From positions 111,416 through 175,415 of IMG/VR virus record IMGVR_UViG_2832410175_000003: a stretch of DNA of 64,000 nt; one strand, written 5' to 3'. The DNA comes from a virus. Taxonomy: Duplodnaviria; Caudoviricetes. Shown here piece by piece: positions 58,831 to 64,000 of the stretch. The position numbers and the translations under genes are program-made. Every line of letters starts with the position of its first letter. The first letter of the stretch is position 1. The notes below the pieces were generated by a model, which was not told the origin of the DNA, did not search any database, and saw only the letters and a program-made list of their open reading frames with translations.

Positions 58831-59217
58831 TTGGCTTATGTAACAATCCCGAAGGACCTGAGTCGGATACAGAGCAAGGTCCTGTTCGGGCTGACCAAAC
58901 GACAAGTGATCTGTTTCGGAGCGGCGGCGCTGGTAGGCGTGCCGCTTTTCTTTTTGGCAAAGGCGAGCCTGGGAACTACCACGGCGGCGCTGTGCATGAT
59001 CCTGGTGATGCTGCCCTTTTTCCTGTTCGCCATGTATGAGAAGAACGGGCAGCCGCTGGAAGTGTTCCTGGGGCATCTGATCCAGAACAAATTCATCCGG
59101 CCGAAGGTACGCATCTACCAGACAAACAATCTCTATTCCGCCCTGGTGCGGCAATCCCAACTGGAACAGGAGGTGAAGCGGATTGCGAGAAAAGGCAGAA
59201 AAACCGGCAAAGCGTAA
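58831..59217 (+). CDS. prgI: PrgI family protein
   Basis: IPKDL...FGLTKRQ.ICF. Confidence 0.9.
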   Translation: MAYVTIPKDLSRIQSKVLFGLTKRQVICFGAAALVGVPLFFLAKASLGTTTAALCMILVMLPFFLFAMYEKNGQPLEVFLGHLIQNKFIRPKVRIYQTNNLYSALVRQSQLEQEVKRIARKGRKTGKA

Positions 59218-61606
59218 GCTCACCCGTGCCGAGCGCAAGCAGATCGAGGCGGTGATCCGGCAGGCGAAGGGCGACGGGAAAACCCATACGGTGCAGGACA
59301 GCATCCCGTTTCAGAACATGTTCCCCGACGGTCTGTGCAGACTGGAGGGCGGCACCTTCTCCAAAACCATTGCCTTTGAGGATGTGAATTACCGCCTGGC
59401 TGGGCCGGAGGACCAGCAGAGCATCTTTGAAAGCCTCTGCGACTTCTATAACGGCTACGACCCCTCCATCGGCGTCCAGGTCTCTTTGGACAGCCGCAGC
59501 GGAGGCAGCGCCGCCGATGAAATGTTCGGCATCACCCGGCAGGGCAACGACCTGGACCCCATCCGGGACGAGGCGGTGGACATCCTGCGGATGCAGTACA
59601 AGCGGGGCAACAACGGCTATGTGAAAACCAAGTATGTCACCCTGACCATCGAGGCGGAGAACCTTCCCGCGGCACGGGCGCGATTTGCCCGCATTGAGAC
59701 CGACACCCTCAATCGCTTCAAGGTCATGGGGGCGGCGGCTCATGTACTGGACGGAAAGGAACGGCTGGAGCTGCTTTACAACATCCTCCACCCGGAGGGC
59801 GGGCAGTTCGCCTTTGAATGGGACTGGCTCCCCGCCAGCGGCCTTTCGGTGAAGGACTTCATATCCCCGTCCTCTTTCCACTTTGGGGAGACCCGCACCT
59901 TCCGCATCGGCAGGCGGTACGGGGCGGTGTCCTTCCTGCAAATTCTGGCGCCGGAGATGCACGACCGTATCCTCACCGACTTCATGGAGGCGAACGGGAA
60001 TATCATGGTGACCATGCACATCCGGGGCATCAACCAGAACGAGGCCATCAAAATGGTCAAGCGGAAGATCACCGACCTGGACGCCATGAAGATACAGGAG
60101 CAGAAGCGGGCTGTGCGCAGCGGCTACGATATGGACATACTCCCCAGCGACTTGTCTACTTATGGCGGCGCAGCGAAAGACCTTCTCACCGACTTACAAT
60201 CCCGCAACGAGAGAATGTTCAACATGACTTTCCTGGTGCTGCACACGGCGGAGACCCGGCAAAAGCTGGAGATCGCCGTGTCCCAGGCGGCCAGCGTCGC
60301 CCAGACCTATAACTGCCTTCTGACCCGGCTGGACTTCCAGCAGGAGGACGGGCTGATGTCCTCTTTGCCCCTGGGCCTCAACCGTATCAAGATTGAACGG
60401 AGTCTGACCACTTCGGCCCTGGCGGTGTTCGTTCCCTTTGTCACCCAAGAGGTGTTCATGGGCGGCGACGCCATGTACTACGGGCTCAACGCCCTTTCCA
60501 ATAACATGATCCTGCTGGACCGCAAGCAATCCCGCTGTCCCAACGGTCTTGTGTTCGGCACCCCCGGCAGCGGCAAATCCATGAGCTGCAAGCGGGAGAT
60601 CACCTTTATCATGCTGATGACCCAGGATAATGTCATCATCTGCGACCCGGAGGACGAGTATTCGCCCCTGGTGAAGCGATTGGGCGGTCAGGTGATCCGG
60701 CTGTCCCCGTCCAGCACCGACTATGTGAACCCTCTGGACATCAACCTCAACTACTCCGAGGAAGAAAACCCGCTGGCGCTGAAAAGTGATTTCGTCTTAT
60801 CCTTCTGCGAGCTCATCATGGGCAGCAAGACGGGGCTGGAGGCCATCGAGAAAACCGTCATTGACCGGGCGGTACAGATGATCTACCAGCCCTACTTTGC
60901 CGATCCCCGGCCAGAGAATATGCCCATTCTGGGCGACCTGATGAACGCCCTTCTGTCCCAGCACATCCCGGAGGCCGACCGAGTGGCCCAGGCGCTGGAC
61001 CTCTATGTGAACGGTTCGCTGAACTTCTTCAACCACCGTACCACCGTGGACATCTCCAACCGCCTTGTCTGCTTTGACATCAAGGGCCTGGGCAAGAACC
61101 TGAAAAAGCCGGGGATGCTCATTGTTCAGGATGCGGTGTGGAACACCGTTACCATCAACCGGGCTATCGGGCGCTCCACCTGGTATTTCGTGGACGAGTT
61201 CCACCTTTTGCTGAAGGAGGAACAGACCGCCGCATACAGCGCCGAGATTTGGAAACGGTTCAGAAAATGGGGCGGTATCCCTACCGGGGCGACCCAGAAC
61301 CCCAAAGACCTGCTTTCCTCCCCGGAGATCGAAAACATCCTGGAAAACAGCGACTTCATCTATATGCTCAACCAGGCGGCGGGAGACCGGAAGATACTGG
61401 CGGAGCGGCTGAACATTTCATCGGAGCAGCTTGCCTATGTGACCAACTCCGAGCCGGGCCACGGGCTGCTGTTCTTCAACAATGTCATCCTGCCCTTTGC
61501 GGATGACTTCCCGAAAGACACCGAGCTCTATAAATTGCTCACCACCAAGCCCAGCGAGGTTGCACACGAAACTGTGGACGACGAAAAGGAGGACCAGAAT
61601 GGATAA
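59183..61606 (+). CDS. virB4: VirB4-like conjugation ATPase
   Basis: GTPGSGKS, DPEDEY, DEFH and RFRKWGG. Confidence 0.93.
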   Translation: MREKAEKPAKRKLTRAERKQIEAVIRQAKGDGKTHTVQDSIPFQNMFPDGLCRLEGGTFSKTIAFEDVNYRLAGPEDQQSIFESLCDFYNGYDPSIGVQVSLDSRSGGSAADEMFGITRQGNDLDPIRDEAVDILRMQYKRGNNGYVKTKYVTLTIEAENLPAARARFARIETDTLNRFKVMGAAAHVLDGKERLELLYNILHPEGGQFAFEWDWLPASGLSVKDFISPSSFHFGETRTFRIGRRYGAVSFLQILAPEMHDRILTDFMEANGNIMVTMHIRGINQNEAIKMVKRKITDLDAMKIQEQKRAVRSGYDMDILPSDLSTYGGAAKDLLTDLQSRNERMFNMTFLVLHTAETRQKLEIAVSQAASVAQTYNCLLTRLDFQQEDGLMSSLPLGLNRIKIERSLTTSALAVFVPFVTQEVFMGGDAMYYGLNALSNNMILLDRKQSRCPNGLVFGTPGSGKSMSCKREITFIMLMTQDNVIICDPEDEYSPLVKRLGGQVIRLSPSSTDYVNPLDINLNYSEEENPLALKSDFVLSFCELIMGSKTGLEAIEKTVIDRAVQMIYQPYFADPRPENMPILGDLMNALLSQHIPEADRVAQALDLYVNGSLNFFNHRTTVDISNRLVCFDIKGLGKNLKKPGMLIVQDAVWNTVTINRAIGRSTWYFVDEFHLLLKEEQTAAYSAEIWKRFRKWGGIPTGATQNPKDLLSSPEIENILENSDFIYMLNQAAGDRKILAERLNISSEQLAYVTNSEPGHGLLFFNNVILPFADDFPKDTELYKLLTTKPSEVAHETVDDEKEDQNG

Positions 61607-62360
61607 CAAGATGGCGGTTTTCAATAACCGCGAATTTGGCAGCATCCGAGTGATCGAAGAAAACGGCAATTATCTGTTTTGCGGATTTGATGTTGCGAAA
61701 GCCCTGGGATATGCAAAACCGAGGAACGCCATCAATACGCATTGTAAGGGGGCCCTGAAACGGGGCGCCCTTACAGAAGGAGGCGTACAGGAATTGACAT
61801 TCATCCCGGAGGGTGATGTGTACCGCCTGATCGTTCATAGTCGGCTGCCTGGTGCGGAACGCTTTGAAAAATGGGTGTTTGACGAAGTTCTCCCCATGAT
61901 CCGCAAGACGGGCGGGTACATGACTGCCTCCCTTCTGGAGCAGGCGGCGGAAAAACCGGAAATATTGCTGGCTTTTGCCGACCAGCTTCTTGCCGAGCAT
62001 GAGAAAAACCGGCAGCTCTCCGGCGAGGTGGAACGGCTGCGGCCGAAAGCAGATTTTTATGACGCCTTTGTCCATGAAGAAAACTGCACCAATATCCGAG
62101 CCACGGCGAAAGAACTGCAAATCGGGGAGCGTGCGTTTTGCCGTTTCCTGATGGACGCGGGATTTCTGTACCGCTGCCCAGCCGGATACCTTCTGCCCTA
62201 TGCCAAGCCCTCCAATAACGGATTATTCCGTGTGAAGGACTTCTGGAAATATGGGCATTTTGGACAGCAGACCTTGATTACGCCCCAGGGCAAAAATGTG
62301 ATCCGTCTGCTGCTGGATGATGGGCAAATGCGGCTGGAATGGAAGGAAAGGATGGGATAA
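61599..62360 (+). CDS. BRO-N / antirepressor (KilAC) protein
   Basis: FNNREFGSIR, DVAKALGY, FEKWVFDEVLP.IRKTG and QTLITPQG. Confidence 0.88.
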   Translation: MDNKMAVFNNREFGSIRVIEENGNYLFCGFDVAKALGYAKPRNAINTHCKGALKRGALTEGGVQELTFIPEGDVYRLIVHSRLPGAERFEKWVFDEVLPMIRKTGGYMTASLLEQAAEKPEILLAFADQLLAEHEKNRQLSGEVERLRPKADFYDAFVHEENCTNIRATAKELQIGERAFCRFLMDAGFLYRCPAGYLLPYAKPSNNGLFRVKDFWKYGHFGQQTLITPQGKNVIRLLLDDGQMRLEWKERMG

Positions 62361-62364
62361 GGAT

Positions 62365-62985
62365 ATGGAACAGGAAAAGCTGTATGTCATCGAGGAAAAG
62401 ACCTATGAGGCACATATCGACGAGGAAGTGCATCTCTACGGGCTGCTTCATCAGCTTGCCTTCCTTGCCGGAAAAATCAAGGACCGGGAGGATGTGGAGG
62501 CGTTCATTGCGGCGGCGAAGCGGTACGGCCAGATCGCCGATGACAAGTTTGACGCCTGGAACATTCCCGGCCGTTACCTGGTGTTCGGCGACAAGGCGGA
62601 CCTTGCCGGGATGAAGGCGCGGGAGCTGTGCGAGCTGGACGCCTTCTATGTGGAGTGTGAGGACGACGAACCCGAACCGGGCGGCGGCCGCCAGGAGGAA
62701 CACTATCTGATCCCCGGCAGCGGATTCCGGCTGCTGGTGAGCGAACTGCACATGTTCCTGGTAACCTGGTACAGCATCGCCAAGTGTCTGTCGCAGGCAC
62801 AGAACGAGAAAGATTTTCTCCGACTGCAAAAGAAATACGGGAACTATGAAAAGACGCTGAACAGGCTGCGCCGCAAGCTGGGTCTTTCCGCTGACAGCAA
62901 CTTTTGTCAGGATGAATTGGAGGCGGCGGTCATCAAGCGGTTCCGGGCGGAGCTGATCCCTGGGGAGCAGATCAGCCATGAATAA
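62365..62985 (+). CDS. Hypothetical protein
   Basis: Coupled ORF in the operon. Confidence 0.7.
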   Translation: MEQEKLYVIEEKTYEAHIDEEVHLYGLLHQLAFLAGKIKDREDVEAFIAAAKRYGQIADDKFDAWNIPGRYLVFGDKADLAGMKARELCELDAFYVECEDDEPEPGGGRQEEHYLIPGSGFRLLVSELHMFLVTWYSIAKCLSQAQNEKDFLRLQKKYGNYEKTLNRLRRKLGLSADSNFCQDELEAAVIKRFRAELIPGEQISHE

Positions 62986-64000
62986 GCTCACCCATGTCAG
63001 CCTGTTTTCCGGCATCGGCGGGCTGGACCTTGCGGCGGAGGCGGCGGGCTTTGAAACGGTCTGTCAATGCGAGTGGGCGGACTATCCCTATTCCATCCTG
63101 CAAAAACATTGGCCGGATGTGCCGAAGTTCCGCGACATCACCACATTCACGAAGGAGGCGTTTTTTGAAAAAACAGGACTTGAAACCATTACCATCCTCT
63201 CCGGCGGATTCCCGTGCCAGCCTTTCTCCACCGCAGGAAAACGGCGGGGCTTTGCGGATGAACGCTACCTGTGGCCGGAGATGTGCCGCGTTATTGCCGA
63301 ACTGCGGCCCCGTTGGGTGCTTGGGGAAAATGTTGCTGGCTTCATCAATATGGGGCTCGACAAAACGATTTTTGACCTGGCAAAAGCGGGATACGCTGTT
63401 CTCCCATTCGTATTTCCGGCTTGCGGCGTCGGCGCATGGCATGAGCGCCAGCGAACTTTTATCGTCGCGGCTGATGTTTCCCACACCCCTTGCCTCCGAC
63501 AAATCCACGGGGCGGGATGCTGCCAGCCTGGATGTGTTCCTGTCGGACAATGGGATATTCCGCAAGCGGAACAAGGACGGGTCGATCTGGAGCCTGTCCC
63601 TGTCGGCGGCGGTGTTCTATCTGACCCCGGCAGCATCGGAGGGCTACCGTTCCACCCTGAAACCGGCGGCCTTCCGGGACAAATCCCCGTCCTCCAACCT
63701 GTCGGCTCAGGTGATCCGGCAGGAGCAGCCCCTTTCCGAGAAAGCGGCGCTGAACCCGGACTGGGTGGAATGGCTCATGGGATTCCCCCCGAAATGGACG
63801 GACGCATCCTTTGGCGTGCCGAGCCCGAAGGAGTCCCCCGCATGACCGAGGACACGGACAACCGGGCGCTGCGGCTGAAAACCCTGGGGAACGCGGTCTG
63901 CCCGCCCCAGGCCTATCCCATTTTCCAGTACATCGCCATGATCGAAACCGGGGCGTGTGCCGACATCTGCCCCTATGGAACAGGAGGTGACGCACCTTGA
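62978..64000 (+). CDS. C5 cytosine DNA methyltransferase, alpha chain (lacks motif IX)
   Basis: LFSGIGG, GGFPCQPFS, ENV, HERQR and RLKTLGNAV. Confidence 0.9.
   Translation: MNKLTHVSLFSGIGGLDLAAEAAGFETVCQCEWADYPYSILQKHWPDVPKFRDITTFTKEAFFEKTGLETITILSGGFPCQPFSTAGKRRGFADERYLWPEMCRVIAELRPRWVLGENVAGFINMGLDKTIFDLAKAGYAVLPFVFPACGVGAWHERQRTFIVAADVSHTPCLRQIHGAGCCQPGCVPVGQWDIPQAEQGRVDLEPVPVGGGVLSDPGSIGGLPFHPETGGLPGQIPVLQPVGSGDPAGAAPFRESGAEPGLGGMAHGIPPEMDGRILWRAEPEGVPRMTEDTDNRALRLKTLGNAVCPPQAYPIFQYIAMIETGACADICPYGTGGDAP
63330..63845 (+). CDS. Overlapping +1-frame ORF, putative beta chain of the C5 methyltransferase
   Basis: FPTPLASD...LNPDWVEWLMGFPPKWT (motif IX-like), fully nested in the alpha gene. 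Confidence 0.7.
   Translation: MLLASSIWGSTKRFLTWQKRDTLFSHSYFRLAASAHGMSASELLSSRLMFPTPLASDKSTGRDAASLDVFLSDNGIFRKRNKDGSIWSLSLSAAVFYLTPAASEGYRSTLKPAAFRDKSPSSNLSAQVIRQEQPLSEKAALNPDWVEWLMGFPPKWTDASFGVPSPKESPA

Noticed and set aside
57108-60019. 288-aa and 308-aa minus-strand ORFs
   Set aside because: Antisense to virB6 and virB4; no independent evidence
62994-63329. N-terminal extension of the nested +1-frame ORF
   Set aside because: Reads as the off-frame translation of alpha motifs I-V; ATG 63330 is the more plausible start

Overview
Firmicutes (Clostridia-like) DNA made almost entirely of nested mobile elements. (1) 1-3675 is the right end of a phage-like integrated element: nrdG, dUTPase, three self-contained minus-strand mini-genes (two type I toxin-like peptides and one gene with a LexA box), then xis-int, ending at a duplicated guaA-like 3' end (IEWE-stop). 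(2) A decayed IS256 and tRNA-Ala(GGC) follow. (3) From about 5.9 kb to the window end lies a large conjugative ICE. Its long co-oriented region upstream of oriT encodes a primase-like protein, an SLH surface protein, SSB, ParB, ParMR, C5 and N4/N6 methyltransferases, an amidoligase and GGCT, MetK, a PAPS-reductase-like protein and a CtkA/HipA kinase. This is followed by mobC, relaxase, pcfB, virD4, maff2, virB6, prgI and virB4. Both virD4 and maff2 are interrupted by serine-recombinase IMEs; the second IME carries lnu- and lsa-family lincosamide resistance genes. The most notable observations are: a recurring 16-bp site flanking four unrelated AT-rich cargo genes in inverted orientation (candidate gene-cassette system); two shared C-terminal signatures among ICE proteins (basic patch plus ER, and AA); and a C5 methyltransferase split across two overlapping reading frames. 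Family assignments come from recognised motifs only; no database search was run.
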